The notes below the pieces were generated by a model, which worked only from the letters and a program-made list of their open reading frames with translations, had not been told where the DNA came from and did no database searches. 64,000 nt of DNA from a virus, in IMG/VR virus record IMGVR_UViG_3300026097_000008, positions 32,001 through 96,000 of that record; one strand, 5' to 3'. The position numbers and the translations under genes are program-made. Shown here piece after piece: positions 47,210 to 58,800 of the stretch (position 1 is its first letter; the number at the start of each line of letters is the position of its first letter).

Positions 47210-50200
47210 TTATCTTAAAAAGTAATTGTATGCTAATGGTAATCCAAGTACAGTACCTGTAAAATTAACATTTGCTTTAATATTTATCGTTTCACCGCTT
47301 ACCGTAGTAATTGTGTTGGTGCCTAGGAAGATGTCCCCAGCTGTCACACTGTTTACGTTAAGAGTGGCTCCGCCTCCACCAATTTGTGATTCAATATATG
47401 CTTTGATTGCACGTTGAGTAGGCACAACAGTGTCACTGTTTGCAGTAAAGAATGGATCTGTACTGAATTCTGTGATACTTGCACTATTACCACCTAGCGT
47501 GACTTCACCTAGTGAAAGTTCTTGGAGTCCTGCAATATTAAACGCTTCAGCGTTCAACGTTGCTACACCAGTTGCCTGTTCAACACTAAACAAATCACCG
47601 ACCCTAAAATTACCATCTTGGTCTGTAGCTGTAAAGAATACTCTACCGCCATCTGAGTCTGTTGTTTCTTTGGTTTGATCTGGATCGTTTATCGGCACTC
47701 CTGGATAATTTGTATCTGTGAAATTACCAGTTCCGATATCTAAGAAGTCGTGTCCTGTTAATCGAACTTGCGAGAATCTAATACGTAGTGTTACACCGTC
47801 GCCATCTTGTGGAGTGTCTTCGATTTCCATTGATGGTGTAATTTGTAAAAATGCTGTATAGCTTCCATCATTACTTCCAAGAAAACTAACTGTATTAACA
47901 AGTTTGAAGAACTGCCCGGGTAAACTATCAAATTCTATATTTGATCCATTTACAGGACGATCACTTAACCGTCTAACAGCAATAAATGTACCGTCTTGGA
48001 AGAAATCAGCAACACCGTTTGAATTTTGTGTATCCATACTTGCTGTAGCTGTAATAAATCCACTACCCCTGTTTACAAATGTAGGATTACCGATCGCACC
48101 ATTACCTATGCGCGGAGTTATAAGCACATCATTAATGTTATTAGGATCTGTTACAGTATCTGTAGGAGCACTTGTATATCCATGTCCCGGTTCTGTTATT
48201 CTTACTTCGAATATTTGTTCATTTGCTACAGCTACTCTTGCTCTAGCAGTTACACCTATTCTCATGTCAACATGGGCTGTAGTTGCGCCAGCGCCTATTG
48301 CTACAAACTTAGGCGTTTGTCCTGGATTGCCAAATGCGATTGCATTTAATCCGCCTGTGTACGTATCTGATAGTGTATATCCGCCACTTGGCCAATAAAC
48401 TCCGTCTTCGGAATATGCAACTTGATTTGTGTCATCAGTTGTCACCACAAATTGTCCTTGACCGTATGCAATCTTAGCACCTACTGTACCAGGTAAGGCA
48501 CCAGATACTGCTGTCCAATTTTGGCCATCTAAGCTATATGCTATTCCTGTTGTATCGTCAGTAATTGCTACAAAACGTCCATTGCCCCAGACTACATCTG
48601 ACCAACCTGCTGTAGTTGGCATGCCTGTTGCTTCTTGGGTCCATGTAATACCATCTTCGGAATAAGCCATTTCCTGACTGCCGTTCTTGACAGCAACAAA
48701 TATACCTTTACCGTATGTAAGTGCAGTATATCCTGTGGATGGCAATGCATTTGATGTTATAGTCCATGTTTGACCGCCATTATCTGAATATGCAACGTCT
48801 CTATCATTATCTCCTATCACAACAAATCGTGTCACACTTGAACTAACTTGTCCTGCTGCTACGCTTGATACTGCACTAACTGTAATTGCAGGTGTAGGCG
48901 AATTTGCAGTCCAACTAGATCCATCTGAAGAATAATTGACAAGCAGATTATTTGTAGCACCATATCCTACTACCATTGCAGTGCTAGGATTTAATGTTGT
49001 GGATCCGTCATCGATTAATGCACTTGTAATATTTGTCCATGCTGTGGCACTAGTAGCAAGTGTCACACTTGTATCAAAATCGGTGCCATCTACACTTGAT
49101 TCAGCTGCTGTACCTGCATCGGGTATTGCAATAAACTTACCCTTACTGCCTAATCCTGTGAAGTCAAAATCTACAACAGCACCTGTATTAGCGTTTATAG
49201 TAGATACAGTTATGACAATGTCATTAGCTGGCGTTGCGCCGCCAACGCTAGTTCCTGCTATAGTAAGTGTATCCAGTCGTGTATAATCTTGTCCAGCAGC
49301 ATTTAGTGTAAGATAATACTTAGAACCGTTTCTAATTACATCAAAAGTAGCACCTGTACCGTCGCCCTGCGAAGTAGTTGCAACACCTGTATATTCTGCA
49401 GATGTTTCCATGTAATGCATTGCATTCCAAGTATCTGATGTCAGTGTTGTTGCTTGTGTATTTGCTTTGGTCGGGCTACTAAACGAAATTCTAGGCTCAA
49501 TCAAATAAGTTGATGTAGAATTAGGAGCAACAATTGTTGTACCCGGTACTACATGATCCCAACCTGCTGTGCCGTCTGTTTCCTTAATTACAGTAGCAAT
49601 CTTTGATCCAGAATTATATGTATCAATGATACCAAAATTACCTGCACCTGCGCCGCCTGTAATATATACTTTCATTCCCGGATATGCTGTAGAACTATTT
49701 CCGTCTGTTGCTGCAAGGGTGACTTGCGATGTAGTTCCTGCTTGCGCAGTGTTTGTGACTACAAGATATCCACTTCCGCCAGCTGTTGCATCTGGATTAC
49801 CCGTTGAGTCATCTACTTCTATTATTCGTCCTTCAAACAATGCTTGATCACGGAATTCATCTGCAACTAACTCTTCTGCGGTTCCTGCTCCAAAGATATC
49901 AATTACTGCTTCAGTATATTCATTACCTGCATGACTAAATTCAAGTCCAAGCAACTCGTTTGTATCAGTAAACACACTTGCTATTGTTGCATTATATTGT
50001 GTTTTGTTATCAACAATAGCTGTGACTGGAGTTTCGTCTGGATCGACTCCTTCTGCTACACTACCAAATGTACCATACGAGTTATTACCATTAGTTGCTC
50101 GTACTCTGCCGCCAGTTTCTGCTAGATAGCCAATGTGAGAGTAGTATGTGAACACAGATACAAGTTCTGCTCTACCGTTGTTAAGGATGTGAGCACCGAT

Positions 50201-53200
50201 ACCGTCACTAATAACCTGTGTAAAGTCATTGCTTACAATAGAGTCATTACCGCCATTATGTAAAGCGCCGTCAATACGTTGTCCTGTAGCAGCAAAACCA
50301 AATGTAGTTAGATTTTGTACATAAGGCGAACGTGCAGTAATCCATACACGTTCGTCATCTGGGCCCCAACCTGGATCTAGACTTGCATATGCTCCGGCTG
50401 TAGGACGACTTGTTCCAAATTCGTTTGCAGGACCAAGATCTCCTCTTAATCCGTCTAGTGTTTGTAGTCGTAGTCCTGTACCATTGCGTAGATAATACAT
50501 ATCTTCTTCTTGTGATCCAATAATACTGTTCACATAGTATCGTGAAGCAAGTTGTGTTCTATAACTACCAGGTAAGTAGATTGTTATGTTATCAGTATAA
50601 GATCTCTTCCACATTTGCGGCCAAGTAAGATCATATTTAATTGCATCTACGTATTCTCTTACATCTCTAGCACATAGTACTCTATCATACTCATATTCTT
50701 TTACTACATAGTATCCTTCACTATAATCAGTAATGGTAGTATCAGAGCCGCCACCTGCAACACTGTATTGTGACGCAGAAATTGTAAATGCTGTAGCACT
50801 TAATATATCTTGAACATAGTATGTTGTTGATGTGCTAAATCCTGCATCTGTAACTGCATCAGTACTATCGTCTGGATTTTCAAATTTGATAGGCATTCCT
50901 ACTTCGAGCCAATCAGTTGATGCAATACTTAATGAATTTGTTGCAGGGTCAGTTGAAGTCACTATTGCTTTAAAATATTCGTCTACATATGATAATGCTT
51001 CGTCTACAATAAATTCTTTGTTAAGTTCTAGTTGTCTAATTGCATTATAGACTTCTACGTCTTCTACAGCATCATTTCCGCCTTCTGGTGCTCCGCTCCA
51101 AATTATATCTTCTACCCATTGCCAAGTACTGTTTATCCCTGCAATTGCTGTTGCATTCCCACCTACATTCTGAACAGCAAGAGTTCTAGCAAATTCGTTA
51201 GCTGCTATTGTTGCTGTTTTTTGATTGCCAAGTATTTTTGCACTAGGTTCTCTCAAATAGCTATAGGCTGCGACTATACTTGCAAAGTTAGTTCCGAGCA
51301 TCCAGTCATAACGTGCAGCAAGTGCAATTTTGCCAATGTCTCTTTGACATTTTGCCTGATCATAATTAAAATCATTGTATGTAGTGTTAATATACTGTAT
51401 TGTGTCGACAATAACATCTTCTCTATCACTTGCAATATCGCTATGAGCTGTTTGATATTCAGCACCTTGATTTGTAATTGTTGGGAATGTGATAGCAGGC
51501 ACACTATCAGTATTGCCAGCTGTTAAAGCATTACGAGTGATGTCAATTTTGTTATCTAACTCATCTGCTTCTGTCGAAGTTGCTGGTGTGCCTGGTGTGG
51601 TTTGGGTTTCGCCGTTTCCTGATTGTTTAGTGTACGTACCGTCTTCAGTGACCACAGCTCTTACTACAGTTTTTAAATGATTATATGCAGCTATTATTTC
51701 AGTTGTGTAGTCTGCATATTCTGTATAAACTGCATTATCTAAGAAGTAAACATCGACATTTCTTGTGCTTGCTTGTGTACCTTGATAAAGTATATCATAA
51801 GTTAAAGCATCAACAAAGTATCCGATGTTTGCTCTATACAAGTTTGCATCATATACAAAGCTGTACGTATTGTTGATGTATGCAATAACGTCTTCTACAA
51901 TAAATGTTCTGTTAGCAACAAGATTATCTTTAGCATCTTTGCGATTTTGAACCACAGATCCAGGATCTGGGAAGGTTAACGCATCCGCATCTCCATCGCC
52001 TGGCGCTGCTGTTCTAAATGTGCCATTTCTTATAATATCGACGATCTCGTCGTAGGCAGTATCTATTCTATCACTAGCATTTGAAGAACCAACAGCACTC
52101 GATCCGTCTGTGGTGACACTTATTTTTAATTGATCTCTTGCATATCTAATTGCACCGACAGTTTGTGTAATTTGATCATTAATAACAGTATAAGACATAG
52201 GTCTTTGATATGCAATGCCATTGTATACAGCATTAAAGTTTGTTCCTAGTGCAACATCGTAAGAAGTATCTGTAATAATTTTTCTTAAATCTCTACGGCA
52301 TTTACCACTATCATACGTAAAGCTACCAAAGTTTTTACTTATAAAGTCAATTGTTTGTTCTTTTATTGTAGGCAATCCAGTTTCGAGTAATTCACTTGCC
52401 GAAGTTAATGCACCGTCAACATTACTCAAACTAGGATATACTGTTGCTACAGTATCAACGCCATTATTAATGATACTTGTAATATTGTCCATCAAGTTGC
52501 CAATTCTAGTGGCAGAGTTTGCATCGCCACCTACACCTGCTCTTTGCGGAAATGGAATTGTACTTACATCGCCCTCTGTGGCTTCAGTTTGCGATACCGG
52601 ATTTACAGTAATATTTCTTCCAACAGTTTGTAATAATGCTTTTAAGTTTCCATATGCTGCTAAAGTTGCGGCTTTTTCACTAGAATCTATTTGCAATGTT
52701 CCAGTTCTACCATTGTAGTATGCTTCGCCTGCAATAACACTTTGGAAATTGCCACCATATGTTAAATCATATCGTAGAGCATCAATAATAAATCCTACAT
52801 CTTGTTTACATTTGGTTCTGCTGTACTTTAGGTTAGGATAATTTTCTGTAATATAAGCAATAGTTTCGTTTTGAAAAAACTCTTTGTTTATGAAAATTAA
52901 ATCTCTAGCTCTAGCATCGTTTGTGTCAACAACACCACTTTCGTAGTATCTTGGCAAGTCAGCTTCAACTTTATTACCTAAACTTGCATCTGATTTTCTT
53001 TTAATTGTTCTGGCCAATTTTTCTACAGATGGTCCAACCACTGAAGTTTCTGCATAAGGCCAGCTTTGATCTTGTGTTTCTGTATTACCGGTTGTAGGAG
53101 TCACAGCAGATCCAGTAACAATATCATCAACAACAGATTTTACTCTGTCTAGTGCATGATAGCTGTAAGTAAAATCTTTCGCAGGAGTAAGCGCACTATT

Positions 53201-53422
53201 TGCAGCAGTTCTCGCTTGTACATTAGCAGAACGCAATTCGTCTCCCATAATACAACATTCTGCAGGTACAATTATAGGCAGCACTTCGTAGTATTTTCCT
53301 GTAGAAACTTTCACTAATGTACTTCTTATTACTCTTGCAGGAACATTTGTATCGTCACCGGCTGTGATAGCGTCTGTTACTATTCCGCTTAGTTCCGTAA
53401 TTGTTTCAAATATAGTTGCCAT
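47210..53422 (-). CDS. Giant virion fibre/appendage protein (C-terminal partner of 53422-55803): phycobiliprotein-like helical repeats, beta-helix, Asp-box propeller
   Basis: KCxxD..Y..G helical repeats (50600-52950); MGDELRS and RSPYVQN..SNDFTQVISDG beta-helix; SxDGxTW repeats; C-terminus homologous to 55848-62573. Confidence 0.8.
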   Translation of the reverse strand: MATIFETITELSGIVTDAITAGDDTNVPARVIRSTLVKVSTGKYYEVLPIIVPAECCIMGDELRSANVQARTAANSALTPAKDFTYSYHALDRVKSVVDDIVTGSAVTPTTGNTETQDQSWPYAETSVVGPSVEKLARTIKRKSDASLGNKVEADLPRYYESGVVDTNDARARDLIFINKEFFQNETIAYITENYPNLKYSRTKCKQDVGFIIDALRYDLTYGGNFQSVIAGEAYYNGRTGTLQIDSSEKAATLAAYGNLKALLQTVGRNITVNPVSQTEATEGDVSTIPFPQRAGVGGDANSATRIGNLMDNITSIINNGVDTVATVYPSLSNVDGALTSASELLETGLPTIKEQTIDFISKNFGSFTYDSGKCRRDLRKIITDTSYDVALGTNFNAVYNGIAYQRPMSYTVINDQITQTVGAIRYARDQLKISVTTDGSSAVGSSNASDRIDTAYDEIVDIIRNGTFRTAAPGDGDADALTFPDPGSVVQNRKDAKDNLVANRTFIVEDVIAYINNTYSFVYDANLYRANIGYFVDALTYDILYQGTQASTRNVDVYFLDNAVYTEYADYTTEIIAAYNHLKTVVRAVVTEDGTYTKQSGNGETQTTPGTPATSTEADELDNKIDITRNALTAGNTDSVPAITFPTITNQGAEYQTAHSDIASDREDVIVDTIQYINTTYNDFNYDQAKCQRDIGKIALAARYDWMLGTNFASIVAAYSYLREPSAKILGNQKTATIAANEFARTLAVQNVGGNATAIAGINSTWQWVEDIIWSGAPEGGNDAVEDVEVYNAIRQLELNKEFIVDEALSYVDEYFKAIVTSTDPATNSLSIASTDWLEVGMPIKFENPDDSTDAVTDAGFSTSTTYYVQDILSATAFTISASQYSVAGGGSDTTITDYSEGYYVVKEYEYDRVLCARDVREYVDAIKYDLTWPQMWKRSYTDNITIYLPGSYRTQLASRYYVNSIIGSQEEDMYYLRNGTGLRLQTLDGLRGDLGPANEFGTSRPTAGAYASLDPGWGPDDERVWITARSPYVQNLTTFGFAATGQRIDGALHNGGNDSIVSNDFTQVISDGIGAHILNNGRAELVSVFTYYSHIGYLAETGGRVRATNGNNSYGTFGSVAEGVDPDETPVTAIVDNKTQYNATIASVFTDTNELLGLEFSHAGNEYTEAVIDIFGAGTAEELVADEFRDQALFEGRIIEVDDSTGNPDATAGGSGYLVVTNTAQAGTTSQVTLAATDGNSSTAYPGMKVYITGGAGAGNFGIIDTYNSGSKIATVIKETDGTAGWDHVVPGTTIVAPNSTSTYLIEPRISFSSPTKANTQATTLTSDTWNAMHYMETSAEYTGVATTSQGDGTGATFDVIRNGSKYYLTLNAAGQDYTRLDTLTIAGTSVGGATPANDIVITVSTINANTGAVVDFDFTGLGSKGKFIAIPDAGTAAESSVDGTDFDTSVTLATSATAWTNITSALIDDGSTTLNPSTAMVVGYGATNNLLVNYSSDGSSWTANSPTPAITVSAVSSVAAGQVSSSVTRFVVIGDNDRDVAYSDNGGQTWTITSNALPSTGYTALTYGKGIFVAVKNGSQEMAYSEDGITWTQEATGMPTTAGWSDVVWGNGRFVAITDDTTGIAYSLDGQNWTAVSGALPGTVGAKIAYGQGQFVVTTDDTNQVAYSEDGVYWPSGGYTLSDTYTGGLNAIAFGNPGQTPKFVAIGAGATTAHVDMRIGVTARARVAVANEQIFEVRITEPGHGYTSAPTDTVTDPNNINDVLITPRIGNGAIGNPTFVNRGSGFITATASMDTQNSNGVADFFQDGTFIAVRRLSDRPVNGSNIEFDSLPGQFFKLVNTVSFLGSNDGSYTAFLQITPSMEIEDTPQDGDGVTLRIRFSQVRLTGHDFLDIGTGNFTDTNYPGVPINDPDQTKETTDSDGGRVFFTATDQDGNFRVGDLFSVEQATGVATLNAEAFNIAGLQELSLGEVTLGGNSASITEFSTDPFFTANSDTVVPTQRAIKAYIESQIGGGGATLNVNSVTAGDIFLGTNTITTVSGETINIKANVNFTGTVLGLPLAYNYFLR

Positions 53423-55803
53423 TAATAGCCTCCTCCGCTACCTGCCCCGGTTGATGTTGATAATGTTGTTGCACCCCCACCGGAAATAATGCTGTCGTAT
53501 TCTAAATCTGCTTGATTTCCAAGGGCTGTTTCAAAATATTGTTCGACGATAGCAGTTGAATTATCTCCATTGGTTGTTTGATAATTTACATCAGGTGCTT
53601 CTTGTTTGAGCACATTTTCGATTAGTGTCAAGCCGTATTGTATACTTGCTACTGTTTCTGCTTCTTGTCCTAAAATATAAAATTGGCCTGGTTCATTTAC
53701 ATATTTAAGGGCTGCTTCTCTACTTCTAACGTTTCCGCCGTGAGTAAGATCCCAAATAAATGCATCAATGAGTAATCCCATGTCTCTTTCGCACTTTGTA
53801 CTATCATATTCAAATGCAGTTGTAAATGGAGCATTATTGTTTGTAATTTGATAATCTGTCCATTCTACAATTTCACGCTGTATAAAACGTCTGTTTAATT
53901 CTAACAGTCTAGCTGCTGACGGAACTTTTGTTCCTCTTTCAATCTGTTGTGTTGCATATCTAATAGTTCTAAAAGGTCTGTCTATTGATATACCATATTC
54001 TGGCGCAGGTGCATCTACACCGTGCTCTGCCACATAATATACATCATCAGACGTACCTAAAGTTGCCCATTCGGGAATGCCACTTGCACTTACAGTAAGT
54101 ATTTGACCATTTGTTCCTATAGGCAATCTTGTTGGACCTACGCTACTGTAATATACAAGATCTCCTGTTGTAGTTAAAACACCTTGTTCTGATCCTACAG
54201 CAATAATGTTCCAGTATGTTCCTGATGTATCTAAATCAGGACGAGAATTTTCTGCTCCGCCGCCTGGATCTGTTTCTGTTTCTGTTGAAAAATCATCACC
54301 TTCTGAAATATGCTGTTGAATACATATATAGGAGTTATCTCCATAACGTGCGACGTCGCCCTGTAAATATTCTTGATCGTCTAACCATTCGCCACGCCAT
54401 CTTAAGCCTTCAGATATTTTTTCCCAGTACAATGCATTTGGTGGTTCTTGATTTTGATGGTCTTGTATACATCTATAAGTCCAAGAACCGTGGCTAACTA
54501 CCTGTCCTACCTCATATTCAAACCCTGCTGAGTCATCGCCCCATGGGCCTAAAAACTTTAATCCTTCTGAAAAAAGATCCCAGTCATCAGCGGAACTTGG
54601 AGGAATTGATCCTGTATGATTAGTCTTTGAAACATATTGGTTTCCGCCATATCTAACAATGTCACCCGCTTGATATTCTGTTTCAATATTCCACTGGTTT
54701 TCAAATACTAAACCTTCAGAAAATTTACTCCAATTTGCAATATCGGTTTCAAAATCAGCCGATGCAGTATGATATGCTGTTGCTATCCATGTTGTCGGTC
54801 CGTATTTTACAATGTCATTAATCTTATATTTTGTGCCAGTTGCCCAATCGCCTTTGTAATCAAAACCTTCATTAAATGCTTCCCATTTTAAAATGTCAGT
54901 TTCTAATCCATCTCCTGAACCTAAGGCAACTGATTGGTGTTCATCAATACATACATACGAGCTTCCGCCATATTTTACAAAGTCGTTTAATCTATATACA
55001 AAGTCTTCGTGCCAGTTGCCTTTCCAATCTAATCCGTCTGTAAAATTGTCCCACTTACTTGCATCATCCGTTTGCCCTCTACTAATAACTTCTACAGAAG
55101 CAGTACTGCTCATTCCTGCATGATGATAACAAAAATAGTATAGAGTATCGGGTGCATCTTCTGCGACTGTAATACGCATTTGTCTAGTGGTTGCTGCTGC
55201 AAATCCAGCATCATATGCCGCAGCATCATCTACTTCTGCACCATCTAAGAAATAGGACACACCATCTGTATAAATTGTTCCGCCATTATGTGTACCGTCT
55301 TGTGTTGTACTCATAACCATCGGATGCCTTGCTACTCCTGCTCCAGTAAACAAATTAGTTGCATCGTCCTGATTCCAAACGTATGTCCAACCTCTCATCA
55401 TTTGTAAATCTGGGTGTGCAACACCGTCAATTCTAAATATACCGTTGCTTACACTCGGATCATCTCTTACAGTGACAACATAGTTTTCTGTGCCTGTATT
55501 TGACCCTGAGGTGTGTCTTTCATTTGCAATGTAAAGAGAAGACCCGTATTTTGCAATATCACCTACAAAATACTCTGTATCGTTTCTCCAATCACCTCTC
55601 CAATTTTGGCCATCGCTTACAAGATTCCATTTTGGAGGTGTAATTTCAAAATCTGTATAGAAACTTTCAGATGCAGTGTGACCTATCACACAAATATAAA
55701 TTTTTCCACCAACTGCTACTACATCGTCTTGAAAATAGGTTGTACCAGTGACCCATTGATTTTTCCAAACAAATCTTAATCTACCAAGTTTAAATTCTGC
55801 CAT
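53422..55803 (-). CDS. Virion fibre protein with seven CBM5/12-like repeats, cupredoxin-like insert and partial helical domain
   Basis: W...Y..GD.V.YG...Y.C...H repeats; RHPMVM...LYYFCYHHAGM; KCERDMG; SD GGAG and late motif at 55821-55828. Confidence 0.8.
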   Translation of the reverse strand: MAEFKLGRLRFVWKNQWVTGTTYFQDDVVAVGGKIYICVIGHTASESFYTDFEITPPKWNLVSDGQNWRGDWRNDTEYFVGDIAKYGSSLYIANERHTSGSNTGTENYVVTVRDDPSVSNGIFRIDGVAHPDLQMMRGWTYVWNQDDATNLFTGAGVARHPMVMSTTQDGTHNGGTIYTDGVSYFLDGAEVDDAAAYDAGFAAATTRQMRITVAEDAPDTLYYFCYHHAGMSSTASVEVISRGQTDDASKWDNFTDGLDWKGNWHEDFVYRLNDFVKYGGSSYVCIDEHQSVALGSGDGLETDILKWEAFNEGFDYKGDWATGTKYKINDIVKYGPTTWIATAYHTASADFETDIANWSKFSEGLVFENQWNIETEYQAGDIVRYGGNQYVSKTNHTGSIPPSSADDWDLFSEGLKFLGPWGDDSAGFEYEVGQVVSHGSWTYRCIQDHQNQEPPNALYWEKISEGLRWRGEWLDDQEYLQGDVARYGDNSYICIQQHISEGDDFSTETETDPGGGAENSRPDLDTSGTYWNIIAVGSEQGVLTTTGDLVYYSSVGPTRLPIGTNGQILTVSASGIPEWATLGTSDDVYYVAEHGVDAPAPEYGISIDRPFRTIRYATQQIERGTKVPSAARLLELNRRFIQREIVEWTDYQITNNNAPFTTAFEYDSTKCERDMGLLIDAFIWDLTHGGNVRSREAALKYVNEPGQFYILGQEAETVASIQYGLTLIENVLKQEAPDVNYQTTNGDNSTAIVEQYFETALGNQADLEYDSIISGGGATTLSTSTGAGSGGGY

Positions 55804-55847
55804 TTTTTACTCCGCTTACATATTTATCATTATCTATATTTTTAAAA

Positions 55848-58800
55848 TTATTGTATGGTATCATTGAAAGTCCTAAAGTAAAGCATTTGAGAAATAATAG
55901 TCCCTTGTATATCTGTGATATTTCCGTTCTCGTCGCTAGTAAAGAATTGAACATCAACTGGAATATTTACATATCCGTCAGATACATTATCTATAACATT
56001 ATTTTCTGTTCCGATGAGAACTTGACCTGCTTGTATTCCTCCAGCTTCGAGATCGGAACCGCCTACACTTAGTCTATCTGCTAGAAAAGTTGCAATAGCT
56101 CTCTGGGTCGGAATAACATTATTAGAATCCGCAGCAAAAGTTGGGTCAGTACTGAATTCGCTAACAACTGTTCCTGATCCACCGAGTCTTACACCACCTA
56201 GTGCCAATTCACTTAGGCCATCTAAGTCAAAAAATTCAGCACTGATAGTGACAATACCTGTCGCCTGATCTACACTAAACAGTTCTCCTGCTCTAAAATT
56301 ACCATCTTGGTCAGTACTTGTATAAAATACTCTACCACCGTCTACTTCTAAGACTTCGTTTTCAGGAGCTGCGGTAAAGAAATTACCCCCTGCATATATT
56401 TCAGGATAATTTGTTTCTAAAAAGTTTCCTGTGCCAATATCTAAAAAGTCATGGCCTGATATTCTGCATTGTGAAAATTTTGTTCTAAGTGTTGCTGAAG
56501 TGTCATGCGCAAGATTGTCTTCGTTTTTCAAACTAGGAGAAATAGTAAATCTAACTAACCGTGTGCCGTTTCCAGTATCATCTTCACCAAGATCCTCTAC
56601 ACCAACAGCCGAAAATAATTTTTTGTCGTTGGGATCAAGGGTGTTAATATCGTCAATAGTGTCGAATCTAACCTGTGCTCCTGGGCCAGGAACAACTGAT
56701 ACTCCAGTTACTGTCACTGTATTAGCTTCTGGGACAATATCTGCAAATCCGTCACCTAAAATTTCAATAGTAGATGTGCTTGTTCTATAACCCGTTCCTC
56801 TATTTACAAAGTCTGGTTGCGTTAGTACCCCATTACCTATTCTGTTATCGGTTTCCACTTCTGTGATAAATTGATTGTCTGTCACTGTGATAGTAATTGG
56901 GTTGTCGTCACTATATCCGCTACCCGGATCCCAAATTTTTATATTTCGGAACGAACCTTGGAATACGTCAGCTCTTAATTTAGCTTGGGCGCCTGTATAG
57001 ACTTCGTTAAGGCCGCCTGTTGTTGCATCATTTGCAAATACATGCCAACGGCCAATATGATCAAAATTAGAAAATGTTGCAACTTTGTTTACTCCAGGTG
57101 ATCCTAAAGTTCTTTCATACCAATAAAGACCATCTTCTGTTGTTGCTACGTACAAAGATCCTCCGTTAGAATCCTGTGCTGTCACAAAAAATACTCCTTG
57201 CGAAAACTTAATATCATGGAAGGTCAAATCTGTGTCTGGACTTGAAACACTTACTCCATCTGGTGCATTAGTCCCAGTATACCAAGTAGCGCCATGATCT
57301 AAACTATATGCCGTTGACCCGTCTTTTGCAATAGCAAGGAATCTGTTGTTTCCAAATGCCATACCCGCCCAATCGTAATCTCCTGCTGGCAAAACTCCCG
57401 AATTTAATGTCCAAGTCGCACCATTGTCGCTTACAGCTACATCTCTTGTCTGTGATCCTGTAATCGCTACAAACTTACCTGCGCCATGTGCTATTGCTTG
57501 GTATTGATCAACTGTAGAATCGCTTCCAGCTGGTAAAGATGCTGAACTCCAGGTTAACCCATTCGGACTATATACCACAGAATTTCCTGTTAGACTTTGC
57601 GCTAGTACAACAAATCTGCCGCCTCCGAACACACCGTCTATCCAGGTTTCGTCTACTGGTAAACTTCTTGTTGTCCATGTTGCTCCTGTTTCAGACCACG
57701 CAACAGTATTTCCGCTTTCAGGAACAATCACAAATTTTCCATTTCCGTTTAATACTTTTCTAAAAGGACCGTTGAAAGGTAAATTAGTTTCTGACCAACT
57801 TTGACCATCATCACTCCATTGAGCATAATTTGGTTCTGCGGCTGCAACTATTCTTCCTTCTCTTCCTGTTCCGCTTTGACTGAATGTTTGTATGCTATTT
57901 GTACTATCGTCTGATACATCTGTCACAGTAAGCACTAGATCATTATCGGGTGTTGCGCCCCCTAACTCTGTGCCTAGTATAGTGAATGTATCATTTATTG
58001 CATAGCCTGCTCCAGGATCAGTAAGAGTGACTGTATATATGCCACTATTCTGTACTACCGTCACTGTTGCAGCAACAGCTTCTCCGTCAAACGTTTCGCC
58101 TGTGCCTGTGTTTAGATCTATACCGGTAAATGTTTCTGTAATGCCGCCAAATGCCGCATCTGAATATGTACGATTACTTGGTAAGTTTCTTAATGTAGTA
58201 GTAAATCCTGGGTGATTGGTTGTTAACCTAGGCTCAATTCTATAAACAGCAGTACTATCTAGCTCTGACTCTATCGGAGTACCCGGAAGTATGTGATCCC
58301 ATCCTGGTGTACCGTCAGACTCTTTAATTACATCACAAACTTTTGAAGCTTGATCGTATCCGTTAACTATACCATATTGTCCTATGCCATCGCCGGCAAC
58401 AATTAATATTCGCATACCATCAATTTCACTTAAGAACTGTGTGGTTTCATTTGTATTTAAAATTATTCTATCTTCTGCACTTGTGGTAGTTTGTGCGGAA
58501 TTTTGTTTTACCAGATAATTTGATCCGCCTTCTGACCCAGATCCAGAAGAGTTTACAAGTCTTGCCTGGAATAACGCTCCGTCTCTAAAATCAGTAAACA
58601 ACACATTAGCATCTGCACCTGCTCCTGTAATTTCTGCGGTTGCTGTAGTATAATTTTCTCCCGTATGACTGTATTCTAAAGCAAAGATTTTATCAGTTGG
58701 GCCGCCAGCAAAGGCTTCTACTACTTGAGCTTCATTGTTTCTATTAAAGACTGATATAGTTTGTGGAGTTTCTGTAGGGTCATTACCTTCGGCAATACTA

